From Protoeuglena noctilucae (taxonomy: Eukaryota), in contig OY253680.1 in NCBI GenBank assembly GCA_958009085.1, forward strand, positions 806,001 through 870,000: a stretch of 64,000 nt of DNA, read 5' to 3'. Each line of letters starts with the position of its first letter. The stretch's first letter is position 1. Both the position numbers and the translations under genes were made by a program. Of the stretch, positions 1 through 12,871 are shown piece by piece. Under the pieces are notes generated by a model that was given only the letters and a program-made list of their open reading frames with translations, had not been told where the DNA came from and made no database searches.

Positions 1-177
1 CGATGCTCTCGTCCGACGACACAAGACAGGACCGCAACGTCGGACTCCGCAAGGTAGGGGGCAACACTTAGAGTCTTGGCGAGATTGCGATGGTAAGCGG
101 TAGAAGCATGCGAGCGAACGATGAGCTCGTGCGCCACATGCGCAGGGGAACCTTTCTTGCAGCGTCGGGCGTGCCTG

Positions 178-2636
178 TCAGAGGGGCAGGGACCCTGTGA
201 TGCCGGGGGGAAGGAAAGAGAGTCCGAGGGTCCAGGCGAGTCCGAGGGCGTTGCTGACGGCCCAGGAGATGTCGTGCTCCGCAAAGGCCACGGCGACGCT
301 CATGACGCTGGCGAGGAGGTGGTGGAGGGCGAGAGGGTCCGCACCACCCGCGGCAGCCACGGCCGCGTTGGCCAAGCCGGACCCGAGGGCCGCGTCGGCC
401 TCGATCACGTCGCAGCAGACGCCGCAGCACGCGTCGGCGACGGACGCCAGGACCCCCCCGGGGCCTCGGGGCGGGCGGGGGACGTCGCATGGTGGGAGCT
501 TGGCGTCCTCGAAGGCCTCGCACTGCACGCGGCAGGTGGCGTCCCGGATGCGCTTGGCCTCGTCAGCCACCATGTACCCCAGGTGGGACTCGAGGGTCTC
601 GTCCAGCAGCGACGCCTCCAGCAGCGGCAGGTACGCCCCCTTCTGGCCCACCGTGGCGGCTAAGGAGCGCTCGAGGGCCAGTACCTGGGAGAGGGAGTCG
701 TGGAAGGACAGGAGTCAGCGGGACAAGTCTTCCTGACGTGCGTGCTGCCCTAGGGAGGGCTATTGCATTGCGTGGGCCTCCCCGCCGCGCCCCTCTTCAC
801 TCGCCTTCTCGGTGGCGGCGACGGTCCGCACCCAGAGCGCCCCGAGCGAGGCGTAGGCGTCGTCCCACACCTCCTGGAGCTGCCTCGCCGTGCTGCCCTG
901 CGCTGCGCTCGAGGCGGCGTGCTTGCGCTGCACGCGGCGGCAGACGGCAAGGAGAGGCCCCCACTGCTGCACGCGGTTGAGCGAGTCCTGGTGGGCGTGG
1001 AAGTGGACGATGACGGGAGAGAGGAGCAGCTCGGGGCGGTCCAGGAAGGTCCCACGGTCTCCGGCGACCACCCCAAAGACGACCTCGGGCATGTGATCGG
1101 CGAAGATCTTGAGGCGCAGATAGGACAGCGCGTTGTACATCTCCTTCATGGCCCGGCGCCAGAGCACCCTTGCCCGGGAGAAGGTCCCGAGGCCGGGCAG
1201 CACCGACACGGCACGGCTGGGCGGGGGGAGATCGACAGGGACGACTACCATTTGCCCGTCGGGCATCTGCTCGTAGGAGACCTGGCATGAGAGCAGGGAG
1301 CTGTCTGCGGGTGGCGGAGTGCATAGGGTCGTGAGAGCCGCAGCGGGGAGGCTGTGATGGGAGCGGCCGGCCACGACGGCAGAGCACGTAAGCTGTGCAA
1401 GGTTGCCAGGGGCCAGCGATGGCAGGCAAGCGATGCGCACCGACGAGTGGAAAGACTTTGGCAAGCATCTTCTCCGCGGCGGGTCCCGGCGCCCCCAGAG
1501 CCGTCATCAGTCCCTCCCAGGTGGGCCCGAGGCCATACTCCGACGTCGTGACGCGCACGTGCAGGTGCAGCTCCTGGCCGCCGGGGCCCTGCACCCACTC
1601 CCCGAAGACCTCGTCGCGCATCATGGCCTGGTAGAACCCTTCGTGGCACTCGTGCGCTTCGGAGACTTTGACCAGGCGGGTCCCCGAGAAGTCGTCGTGC
1701 GTGATGGTGTACCGACGCTGCGGCAGGCCGGCGCTCCCGCTCTCCTGCGGCGGCAAAGAAGCGGATCGTTCTACTTAGCCCGACGTTGTGCTGAATGACA
1801 GGTGCGTTCTTCAGCAGCCCAGGCCAGGGCACCTGGGCGTCGTGCGAGAAGACCACCATCAGGTCGTGGCCGTCCGGGGTGCTCGTCGCCATCGGCGCGC
1901 TGTCCGCGCCGCCGTGCGAGCGAGAGGCGACCACACGCAGATCAGGAAGGGTGCCGAGGAAGCGGCTGGCGTCCTGCGTCGGGCGCGGAGGGAGCAACAC
2001 TCATTCACATGCTGGAAGCGCGCGCCGCCCCGCCATGCGGCGCCGACCGCGCAGACAGCGCTGCGACAGAGAGAATATTGCATACTGTCAGCGGACGGAG
2101 GCGCGCCTCACCTCGAGCGTCAGGTGGTCGTCGGCGAGGGCCTGAAGCGAGGCCGACAGGGCGCCATCGATCTCTCCGACCGAGCGCAGCGCCAGGTGGG
2201 ACGCGCCGTCCAGGACCGTCATGATCCAGCTAGCGACCTCGCGGGAGACGGCGTCAGCTCGCGCGGCACACGGCGCGGGGCCCGAGGGGGCGTCGCATGC
2301 AGGGCTCCCGGTGCCATGAGGCGTGGCGGTCGCGGCGCCGCGTGCGGAAGGCCACAACACGGAATAACGGATGGCGTTGACGTACATGAGCCACGCGGGG
2401 ACCTCGTCGGCGCCCGCGCGGACTGCCGCGGCGCGGCTCGGAGCTGCCGCGCCGAGCTGTAGCTGGCGCCGGCGATTCCGGCGCCGCAGGTGTCGGACCG
2501 CCCGCGCATGCCATGGAATGGACGACGTGACCTCGCAAGGTCGTTGCACTGCCTTTCCGACACCGCCGGGCGACGTCCTCGGAAGGGTCGGCGCTGAGCT
2601 GGCCATCCTGCAAGGTCGAGGGAACATCGCTCCCAT
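178..2636 (-). CDS. Staygreen (SGR)-family Mg-dechelatase-like protein, spliced, with long extensions
   Basis: Joined exons give LPQRRYTITHDD...MRDEVFGEW...LHLHV...LRLKIFADHMPEVVFGVVAGDRGTFLDRPELLLSPVIVHFHAHQDSLNRVQQWGPL, matching the Staygreen motifs (PRxYTLTHxD, RDEVxAEW, FHSxxxxFNRxExWGPL). Stop TGA at 178-180. The start codon is uncertain (2636, 2627 or 2606). Confidence 0.8.
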
Positions 2637-3348
2637 TCGCTCTCGGGGGCGGGGCAATTCAAGCAAAGACCCATTTATCCACTTAAACCGCTAAGAAGCG
2701 ACATATACAGCCGAGGACGGCGCGTAGGAGCAGTCGACGGGACCGTTACAGGTAAAAAAAGGCCCCGCCTCCCCCGCGCACCCAACGTCTCGGCAAAGAC
2801 CGCGTCGAGAGTGTAGGTCACTGAAATTGCGTGGAAGAGGACAATGGGCGGCTGCCCGAGCGAAAAGGGCGGCCTACAAGGCCTGGCATGCGAAAATCGA
2901 AAGCGTGGCGCAGACTGCCAAAGCGTGGAGACGGCCGAGTGTCGTCACCTTGCAATGAAATACTCCACGAGGTCTAGGCGGGGGCCGCGTCGAGCGGAGA
3001 GTCGTTGGGGCGGCAGGCGCTGGGTCACGAGGCCGCCGTGGACTGCTGGTTGACTATAAATGAAGAACGATCGCATCGGAGGTCGCATTAAAGCTTTTAA
3101 ACGCGCTTCTGTGTCGAGCAAGGCATTAACATCCTTCCCTTCGTTCTGAAAAACGAAAAACCCATGCCAGAGCACCACCTGTCAACGCGAAAGCGACTGG
3201 CGGGACAGCCAGCAGTCCATTACGTTTGCCGCAACGAGTCTGGGTGTGGTGCCGCGCGCCCTAGGCCCTGGCGGTCCGCCTCGGCCGCTTTGGCTGACGC
3301 GCTCCACGCTGCTTGGCACGCTGCCCCGTGGACCTCACGTCCCGGCCG

Positions 3349-5577
3349 ATGGAGGAGCACGGGGAGCTGCTGGCGCTCGGCCTGGACCGCATCCAGAGAG
3401 AGCCGGAGCTCTTGAGGGCGGAGGCGGCGCGCCTGAGGTCCCAGATCCAAGTGCGTCGCAGCCGTGATTCTCGCGACCTCGTGCACCACTCAGCCCCATC
3501 GCTGGGCCTTGTACTCAGACATCTGTCAGCCACCTTTGAGCGCTCACTTGGCCCCGCGCACCCCGCAGGAGGCGGCGATACGCAGCTGCGGGGCCTTCGT
3601 GGACGTCGCAGATGCGGCCGAGGCGATGCGCGCGGCCGTCGAGGCCATGGGCCCCGCCACTGAGTCCACCGTGGAGCATCTAGCAGCATTCCAGGATTCG
3701 CTTGGCGAGGACCGCGCCGAGCCAAGTGTGCACATCGCTCCGTCCCCTCTCCCCGCGCGCTCGCGGCACACGGAGCTTTGTCCGACTCCCTCTGCTCGCA
3801 GACTCCCTTGCTCGACTCAGCGACGAGCTGGCAGAGTCCCAGGAGCGCACGCGGGCGTTGTACACCAAGGTGCAGTCCGTGCAGCCCTTGATTGAGATTC
3901 CCTCCCTCCTCGAGGCGTGCATCCGCACGGGATGTTTTGACGAGGCGCTGGACCTTCAGGTGCGTACATTCCTGGCGCTGCGGACCCGGATGCCATCGAG
4001 AGAGCCGCCCGCCTTTGCCACCGTTCACCAAAGACCACCGTGCATCCTCACAGGCCTTCGCCGGGCGTCTGGCCATCATGCACGGCGGGGTGCCGGCTGT
4101 GAGGGCGCTGGAGGCGCAGTGCAATGCCGCGCTGGGGTCCTTCCTGTATCAGATCGTCGGGCAGCTCTCCGGCAGCCTCCACCTGGCCCGATGCCTGCGC
4201 ATGCTGGGGTACCTGAAGCGCGTCACGCCCGCGGTGCAGCGCGCGGAGGCAGCGGGCCACTTGGGCGGGGATGCGGGGGAGCTGGCGAAGAAGCTGAGGG
4301 ACCTTAGGTGCGTGACGGGGCGAAGTGCCGACAGCGCACGATGAGTGCACCCTTCCCTCACCCATCTCCACCCTTTCTCTACCCTTCCCCCCCCTTCCAC
4401 ATCAGGTCCCTTTTCCTCGAGTGCCGCGACCGATGGATCTCCGACCTCCGCCGTGACTTGGACCCCCGCAATGCGTACGAATTCCTGAAGAGGCTCACGG
4501 ACCTGGTGCGACTGCAGCTGTTCGACGTAGCCACCCAGTACCGGGCGCTGTTCCCGGACGACGACGCGGCGCATCTGGGGGCCTTCGTGGCTCGACAAGC
4601 CCAGGCATACCTTGCGTGAGGGGCAGGGCAAAGGGGGCCGAGCGTAGCTGCAATGGCAGATGCCCAGCCAAGCCACCCTTTCACCCTCACTCTTAATGTA
4701 TGCCTATCTGTTCCATCATGTCTGCCACCCCCCCTCACTGCCTCTACTCCCACCCCGCCCTCACTGCCTCTCCTCCCACCCAGCACGCTGAAGGACCACC
4801 TCGGCCTCATCTCTGACGCGGGGAGCCTCGCGAGCCTCCTCGACCACGCCATGTATGCGGGGTCCAGCCTGGCGCGCGTGGGGTGCGACTTCCGGCCCAT
4901 GCTCGAGCCGCTGTTCGAGGGGAGGGCGACCGAGGTGCTGCGGGCGCATGTGGCAGCGGCCGCGGCGGCCTTCGATGCCCTCTTCACCTCGCACAAATGG
5001 GCAGCGGCGTCGGGGGTTGGGGGTGCGGGGTCGGCGGATGCGGGGCCACAGGGCGGGGCTGCAGCGCTGGGGCGGCAGGGCAGTGCGGGGTCACGGGGGG
5101 CGGACGCCACGGTGGCCCCTCCCCAAGACATCCTGGAGTTCCCATTCCTGGCTGCACTGACGAACGGCATCCTGGCGGGTGAGGGCGCAGAAGGTGTATT
5201 ATACTGTGCCGATCGGCACGCATCTTGATATTCGCGATGCTCTGTCTCCGCTTCTCGCTGCCCGTGCAGGTCTGAATGCCCTGCGTCAGCTTCCCGCTCC
5301 CCGCCTGCGGATGCTGGCCCTGGCTGAGGTTGCAGCTGCGCTGCAGAAGGCGGGGATGGCGATTGAGACGGCAGCGGGTGGCAGCGGGGGTGCGGCTGGT
5401 GGCGCCGGGGAAGAGCGGGGCGCGGGGAGGGGTGCGGGGCCAGGGGCGGCGGAGGCGGGCTGTGAGCGTGCGCTGGCGTGTCTGAGGGACAAGGCCGTCC
5501 CTCACATCGCGGCGTGCTACGACGCCCTGTTCCCCGGGACCAGGGACGTGCTGATCGCACGGACGGCAGTAACATGA
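3349..5577 (+). CDS. COG8: Conserved oligomeric Golgi complex subunit 8 (Dor1 family), spliced
   Basis: MEEHGELLALGLDRIQREPELL, LIEIPSLLEACIRTGCFDEALDLQ, RLQLFDVATQYRALF and MYAGSSLARVGCDFRPML are typical COG8 segments. GT-AG introns; TGA at 5575-5577. Confidence 0.88.
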
Positions 5578-5685
5578 CACAGAGGCTGGCTGCATGATGC
5601 CTGACTGAGGTTGCGCGATGGTTGAAGGTCGAATTTGCTTCCACTACCCCGCCTTTCATATCAATCCCTCACACTTGCGAGCGAG

Positions 5686-6843
5686 TTAGTCAGCCACCAG
5701 CTCCCAGTCGGGCAGCTTCCTGACCTGCAGCTCGTCCCCGCTGAAGCCCCGCACCTCGCAATTCTCAAAGTCCATGCCAGTGAGCGCGTTGATCACTCCC
5801 CAGTGGCACACCAGGGCCACGCATTTCTCAGGTCTCGCTAACAGCGCTTCACGCAGGCGCTCCATGCGCGGGAGGAAGTGACTGGGGGGCTCGTCCACCA
5901 CGACACGGGGGTCGCCTGCGAGATTGGAGCGATGGAGGAAGTGGCTGAGAGAGAGAGTCCAGACGGTGTGCAAGGGAGGGCATCAGCGTGGGGTGCCAAA
6001 GGCTGAGGGCAGAGTTATACTTCGTGTCCCATCCCACGTCCCCCATCACGCACACACACACCCCCACAAGCGTCTCTCACCCGTGCCATCGGTGTACCAC
6101 CACACGTCCCTCATGTCGTCCGGGAAAGCGAACTCCCTCCCCCACGCGTCCCTGAGCTCCGTTGCGACCGTCCCCACGTCACTCGAATGCCAGACCTTCT
6201 CGGCAGCCAGGGGCTCCACCACGCGGGGCACGTCCGGGAGACCCGCAAAGGCGATGGACGCCGTGTGGAGGGCGCGGGTGAGGGGGGAGCACACCACCAC
6301 CTCCGGCCGGGGGCTCAGCTTCGGAGATGGATGCGGAATGGCTCGTAACGCAGAGGCCCTTCCTGCAAGAGCCACGCTACGCGTGCGGCACGCACCCGCG
6401 CGACCTTCTCCCGCAGGCGCTTGGCCCCCGCGACGCCCTCGGCCGTCAGACGGGTGTCATAGAGGAGGGGGTCGAGCGACGCGTCCACCTCCGCGTCCGG
6501 GCCGTGCTTCACGCGGAAATCGCGGAGCCAGCAGTTCATCTCCGTGATGCCGTGGCGAATGAGGTAGACCAGCTTGTCGTCCGCATCCAGCCTGGGAGCG
6601 GGCACGAGGTCGCTAGGTTTGGCAGCTGAAACTCCCCAAAGCGCGAGTCCTGCACCCCGCAAAATGCACCAAGCAGGTCTGTTGTCCATGTTCATCAATA
6701 GAAAATACGCTCAGGCCTCTCGCGCGCGCGCACCGGACGGTGGAGGCCGTGTCCGACCGTGCGTGAAGGGGCTGCATGGCTCGGGGACAGGAATTCGCAG
6801 TGCGCGCGCCCAAGAGGTTCGTAAGTCTGCGAAAGAATCGCAT
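5686..6843 (-). CDS. Histidine phosphatase / phosphoglycerate mutase-like protein, spliced
   Basis: KLVYLIRHG (RHG motif), VVCSPLTRALHTA, VALVCHWGVINALTG (second His). TAA at 5686. The start MRFFRR at 6843 is inferred and looks like a transit peptide. Confidence 0.8.
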
Positions 6844-7426
6844 GCGCGCGTCGGACGCCTTCCCCAACGGCGCTGGGCTCCGTGGCCCTAACAGCCGCGG
6901 GCACGGCTGGAATCTCGAGTTGACCGAGAGATCAGAGCCAGCCGCCAATCCCAGCGGCACGGGACAAATATGAGCATGGCTCACACTGCGCGACATCGAT
7001 CCCCGAGAGCATGAAATCGCGCACCGCTGGTTCACCTGGAGCAGAAGACGCCGCGCAGAAAGGGGGAGGAGTTCGCGCCGGGAATCGAAATGACCATGCT
7101 AAGGTAAACCCAGTTACGCGTCCGAGGGGTGCAGTTCGATTAAATGGATCCGGTCACGACCTCAGCGAGCCAGCGAAGCGGGGCATAGGCGAGGTGCCTC
7201 TGTTGCTGACCTCTGCGTGGCGCAAGCAGGTCCAGAGGACACAAGACACCGTAGAGATGTTATTCGCTTGCGGGGGGCGCGCAAACAAGCTCTCACCAGT
7301 CAGACAGTGCAGTGCGGCACAAGCCAGCCATCTCGTCTGTCTGGAGCAGTTCAGTGTCTTTGGCACACAGATGCAGCTTCTTCGAGACTTCAACTATCTG
7401 CCGCTGCCCCTGACAGTTGCCATAGT

Positions 7427-9971
7427 TCAGCCCTTGAGGGACTTCCACTCGATGTTGTGCTTCTTGAAAAGCCTGATCACCAGCCGGGCCTTCTTCTCGT
7501 CCAGCCTCCACTTGCACCGCTGAGGAACGACGTTTCGGTACAGTCGGGGAACGTGGAGCCGGTATGCCGACTTGCTCGTCACGATCCACGCCTCGAGCGA
7601 TCGCTCCTGGATCAGGACGCGCGCCTCGGATGGCGCTTCCCCGACCTCCACTCGTACAGTGAACCTGCAGGTCAAATAGAGCCACAGGATAGCCTGTCAC
7701 GATCATCGGTCGCGCCATCGCCATGGAATTATGTCGCCAAACACGCGGGGCACGTTGCAGGCGCTCGCTCGCTTGAAGTCGTCGTCGATGGTGGTGTAGC
7801 TCTCGATGGTCTTCCTCGGCAGCTCCGGAGCCAGGTCGCTGACGTCCACACAGGACGCAGGGGCGCGTCGGGGGGGGGCAAACACATCAGTCAGCGGGAG
7901 GGTCTCTGCGGGCTCGGGCACCGCCGCCGGAGCGGCGCAATCCCCGTTCGCAGATCCGTCCGGCGCGACCTGCAGGCAACCGCCCGCTCGCCCCGCATGC
8001 TCCCCCCGGCTGCCGGTGATGGCCCCCACGACCGTTCGTGCTGTGGGTTGGGAGGGGGGTTAACTGGAGCCGCGGCCATAGCTGTGACGGTGCAGAACGT
8101 CTACAGTGCATCGGCACAGCCTTGTCGCTCGCGCTCCATCTGCAGTCTGCTGTTTTCGCATTGCATGCGGCGCTGCGCCCACCTGCCCGCAGAACCACGA
8201 TGGGATTTTCCGACAGGCACCCCTCCACGAGGGACGCGGACCTCCCGAGGAGGAAGACGGGCGACCCCGGCCACCGAAGCGTGCGCCGGTCGAGCACCGG
8301 GAACCCTCCCCACACATGCGTGGGGCAGTCCTCGAGCAGTCCCCGCAGCGGCGCCTCACTCGCCACGTCCACGTGGGTCCCGCACGCCACGACCACCACG
8401 TCACAGCGAATCTCCTGCTAAGAAAGCGTCGATCGGTCGTCACTCTGTCAGCCGCTCAGCACGAGGCTCATGGCCATGCAGCAAGGCCAGGAACTCGCCT
8501 GGGGCGCCTCCTCAGGACTGCCACTGCCCAGGTCCCGCATCCGCGCGTTCCCCACCGCTGACCGCTTGACCCGCAGCACCACCGCCCCGTCGGGGTCGTC
8601 CTCCACCACGGCCTCAGCCACCTCAGCGTTCTCGACCACTGTCACCGCGTCCCACCGCCCTACCGCGGCTGCTGCGCCGGCCCATGCCGCGACCCGCTGC
8701 AGCGCTTGCGCGTCCACGGAACCCCCGGGCCGCCCCTCCCGCAACATCCGGAGCCGCGCGCGGTCGTCAGCGGCGTCCCATGCCGCGCGGTGCTTGGCCC
8801 CGAGCCAGCCGGCCTCGGCATCCAACGGCTGGACTGCCAGGGGTCGGCGGCTCAGCAACGCCACGCGCGTGGCCCCAGCCGCCGCCGCCATGTCCGCCAG
8901 CTGCATCGCCGTCATGCCATTCCCCACCACTGCCACCGCCCGCCCCTCCACGGATGCGCAGTCCAAGGGCGCAGCACCGGGACTGGCGATGACCCGCACG
9001 CGGCTGGGGTGAGAGGAGGTCAAGTCAGCCAGGGCCTTGGGCACGCTGGGTTTGTCACAAGCCCCCGTGTACACCACGTGCTTGCATGCGATGGTGCGGA
9101 GGGCACCATCCGGGAGACGCTGCATAAGCGGGGGCAGCCACGCACAGTCTGGCCAAGAAGCCAAGCTCGTAGCATAGCACCGAGTGCTCAATCCATGATG
9201 CACAGACCTGCGACCTGCGTCCATCGCGCCCGCTCACCACGGTGACCTCGCAGCCGTGCGACATGCCGCCCTCGTCCGCGTCAATGTCGATCGCATCGCC
9301 CTGGATGGGCTCACGAAGACACGCTGGCCAGCCTTGTTGCAGCTCCGATGCGGTGAAGTCCCGGAGGAGCTCCACTGCGTGCAAAGACTGTGCGTGTATG
9401 CAAGTATGGCCCAAGGTGCTGGCAGGGGCTGGCGCCTCACGGCCAAAGGTTCTGACCTGTGGGGCACGGGAGGTGCGATGGGTCCTCTCTCAACTCCGCT
9501 GTGCGGCCCGTGCCTTGTGCGAACTTGGCCAAAGCCTCGGGGTCCCGTGGGTGGAGGCACATGTTCGAGAACCACCGGAGGTGCTTCGTTCCTGCACAGG
9601 AGGAACGCGAGGCACGTCAGTACAGCGATGCACCCCGTTGTGAAGTAAGTCACCCATGACGACGCGCACGGGTGTCACCTCGCACACGGTGAAAATTGCA
9701 CCAGGACTTGAGCCACGAACCGTGCCTGTCCACGACCAGAGTCTTCTCTGCAAGCGTTTTCTGCAGAGGGCGGGAGGTGGAGGGCCTCGGTCGCGGCCGG
9801 GGAAGGTGGCGATGGACCTGCTCCACCACTCAGCGTGCGGCTCACCGGAAGGCTCGCCGCGACTGCCAGTCCGCTGATGCCAGTTCCGATGATGAGAAGA
9901 TCACAGGACATGTCACTCTCGATGGCCTCGTTGCTGCCCTGGGGCGCTGGAGCCGGGCCATCTTGGGTCAT
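7427..9971 (-). CDS. FAD/NAD(P)-binding oxidoreductase (N-hydroxylase-like Rossmann family) with C-terminal CS/p23-like domain, spliced
   Basis: DLLIIGTGISGLA (FAD GxGxxG), AVAVVGNGMTAMQLA (NAD(P) motif), GFPVLDRRTLRWPG. Introns 8041-8182 and 7665-7772 join in frame to FTVRVEV...LHVPRLYRNVVPQRCKWRL...LVIRLFKKHNIEWKSL, which is CS-like. Confidence 0.72.
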
Positions 9972-10428
9972 CGTGGCGCGCGAGTGACGGGCCGCACAGA
10001 GACCAGATGGGTACGAGTCAGTACTTGATCACAAACAATGACGTTGTGGGAAGTTTCGCGGTCCGCGATGCAGCGAGCGCAGAGCGCGGGTCCGAAAGAC
10101 GATCAGTCTTCCAGGGTGTCGCTGAGCAGCACTGCGGTGCTTGAACGACCCAGTCTGTCTTGATACAGGACATGTTTGATTAGAGACGTACGGAAGCAGA
10201 GCAAGAGGGAAAGGCGCGCACTCTTGCGACCGCGCCTGCCAGAAGCCGCTGGAAGAGGCCGTCCCGTCAAGATCTGTCAGGGCAAACTGGCTGACCGATG
10301 TCGACATAATACATGTGCGTCGCTGGAAGAGCTTGCGACTGAGCTCCCGCGGCCCGATTGCTGCCCTGCGCGGGACCTGAGCCGACTGCGTCCCGCCTCG
10401 TGCCTCCAAGTCATCGCCGGTGTGTCAG

Positions 10429-12390
10429 ATGCCCGTCTCGTGCTCCGTTCGTGCCACGGTCGCACAACGGCTGCCTCCCCACGGGCAGGCGCGAGCTCGT
10501 GAGTGAAGCGCGCTGGAATCCACGTCCTGTGACCTCGACATGGCACCCCGTCGACCGCGAAAAGGACCCGCGATGACCATTGGCTAGCCCATATGCAGGG
10601 CGACCCCGTGCGGTGGCGGCAGATGCGCAGCGGGCCGAGGGTCCCCGCGTGCTCGGGTGCGGCGGCGTCGGCGTGGACTACCTCGCGTCTGTCGCGCAGT
10701 TCCCCAAGCCGGACGACAAGATGCGGACGGAGAGGCTGGAGGTGCAGGTGAGTGTCGCAGGGGGGCGCGGATTCCTTCTCCGTCGCGAGAAGATCCGTAA
10801 CACGCGGTCGCTTGAAGGAGCTGGTGCAGAGGGCGGGGCAGGACGAGCGGACGTCGCTGCCGATCTTCGCGTCCGGCATCCCCTGAGATCACACTCCTCA
10901 CTCGTTGCAGGGAGGCGGCAACACGGGCAACGCGTCGACCGCTGCGGCGCGGCTGGGCCTGCGCCCCACCGTTATCAGCGTCATTGGCAGTGACGCTCTG
11001 GGCGACGGCATCGTGAAGGAGTTCCAAGACGAAGGAGGTGAGACGACGTGTTTGTGTGTTTGACTCCTCGCCACGCTCACCAGCGAGGGCCATGAGCCAC
11101 TTGAGCGTCCTCGTCCGGCATCTGCAGTCGACACGAGGGGCTTGGTCCGTGTGCCTGACCACCCCTCCCCTTTCACCTACATCATCGTCGATCGCGAGGG
11201 CGCCACCCGCACGTGCATCCACACCCCTGGCGCCTCCATGACTCCCGACCGACTGAGGAGCGTCGATCCAGAGGCCCTCCTGCGTGGCTGCGCCCTGGCT
11301 TACTTCGACGGCCGCCTCACGGAAGCGGCGGTGGATGTGGCGAGGATCGCTGGCAGGCTCGGAGTCCCCTGCCTGGGTGAGGGCGGAGAGGGATGGGTGG
11401 GTATGGATAGCCTTTGGTCAGGCTCGTTTGTGACCGCCTTGCCGTCGCATCAACAGCAGCTGCCCATGTCTCACAACCCTCTCATCCCCTGCAGTGGAGG
11501 CGGAGCGTCTGAGGCCGGGCCTGGACGACCTCCTTGCCGAAGCGGACTTCATCACCACGTCTGCCACCTTCCCCCAAGTGAGCCTGTACATCTCCTGTGG
11601 CCCTTGGTGTCGTCACTCGTGGCTTCTCATCCCCGCCTTCTGCCCCCATCCCCAGGAGTGGACGGGCCTGGACAGCCTCGGCGACGCCGTGCTCTCTGTG
11701 CTCCTGGCGCATCCCCGCGCGCGCTTCGTGGTGACGACGCTGGGGAAGCGCGGTGCGGTCCTGGTGGAGCGGTGCGACGCTCAGGAGGTGCCGGAAGGGG
11801 CGGGGGCGGCACGGACGCTGGACGAGGTGTTAACGGAGCTGCAGGGGCTCATGCGGGGGGAGGCGGAGGTGGAGCGGCGCACGGGGAGGGCGGGGGCGGT
11901 CGCGTGCATGGCGGGGGAGGGGCGGGACGTGGCGGTGGGCACACCGAGGACGGCTGCCACGAAGGGGGCCGTGTGGCTGGGGCTGTCGGGAGATGGAAGC
12001 GGCGAGGTCGCGGAGGTGGAGTCTCGCAGGGAGGCAGCGGCGGCACGGGCGGCGGCTTTGAATGCCGAGGCGGGCGGCGGAGGGCGGTACCGGGGCGGCG
12101 CGGGGATGGCGACGAAGCAGGCGGGTGCGGATGCAGGTGCGGGTGCGGGCGTGGTGGCGGCGCGCGTGTTCGCGTGCACGGCGGCGGGGCTGCCGGAAGG
12201 GGCGGTGGCAGACACGACGGGGGCGGGGGACGCGTTCAATGGGGCGATGGTGTATGCGCTGTCGACGGGGATGGCCAGGGACCACGCGCTTCGGCTGGCG
12301 GCGACGGTGGCGGCGGCCAAGTGCATGATGCTTGGGGCGCGGCCGGGGCTGCCGCGGGCGGGGGACCTGGACCCTTCGTTGCTGCAGTGA
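10429..12390 (+). CDS. PfkB-family carbohydrate kinase (ribokinase/ketohexokinase-like), probably organelle-targeted
   Basis: VLGCGGVGVDYLASVAQFPKPDDKMRT, GGGNTGNASTAAARLG and the C-terminal signature DTTGAGDAFNG. First exon MPVSCSVRA at 10429 splices in frame. Confidence 0.88.
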
Positions 12391-12871
12391 CGGTGATGTG
12401 ATGTAGGTTTGGTTGCGAATCAGTGCTGTGGTCGAAACAGGACGTTGGTTTGCGACAGTGTCCAAATAACGTCTTTTCATTTGAAAACTTCCGTGCGTCA
12501 CAGAGCCGCCGGCAGCGAGATGCTGAAGGCGTGCCTTCTAGATAGGCTACACGTGACTGGTGTGGCCCTTTGCAAGAAAAGGAATCAAACACGCAAGTCA
12601 CAGTCACAGCATGCACTGCGACCCTATCAATCACGCTAAGCATGTGCAGCAAGGAGGGCCCGGTGACACGTATGCATCCATGCTAAGCCCTCTCCTGTCA
12701 TGCCAAGCCACGAGCACGACCGCGCCTCTCGAGCCTCCACGTCACTCTTGGACAATGGCCCACATCAGATCAAACGCCCACGACGAAACAGCACTCTCGC
12801 AGCTTGCCCTCATGGACGCACCCCCACGTTTTTTCACCCACGTACCCAGGCCCGTCATGCAACAGGGCCGT

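Noticed and set aside
715..717. In-frame TGA in the SGR gene as possible selenocysteine or readthrough
   Set aside because: It sits in a branch-point-like CTGAC upstream of a pyrimidine tract and the CAG acceptor at 685-687, so it is intronic.
7217..8569. 450-aa plus-strand ORF
   Set aside because: It is antisense to the oxidoreductase-CS gene and has no motifs.
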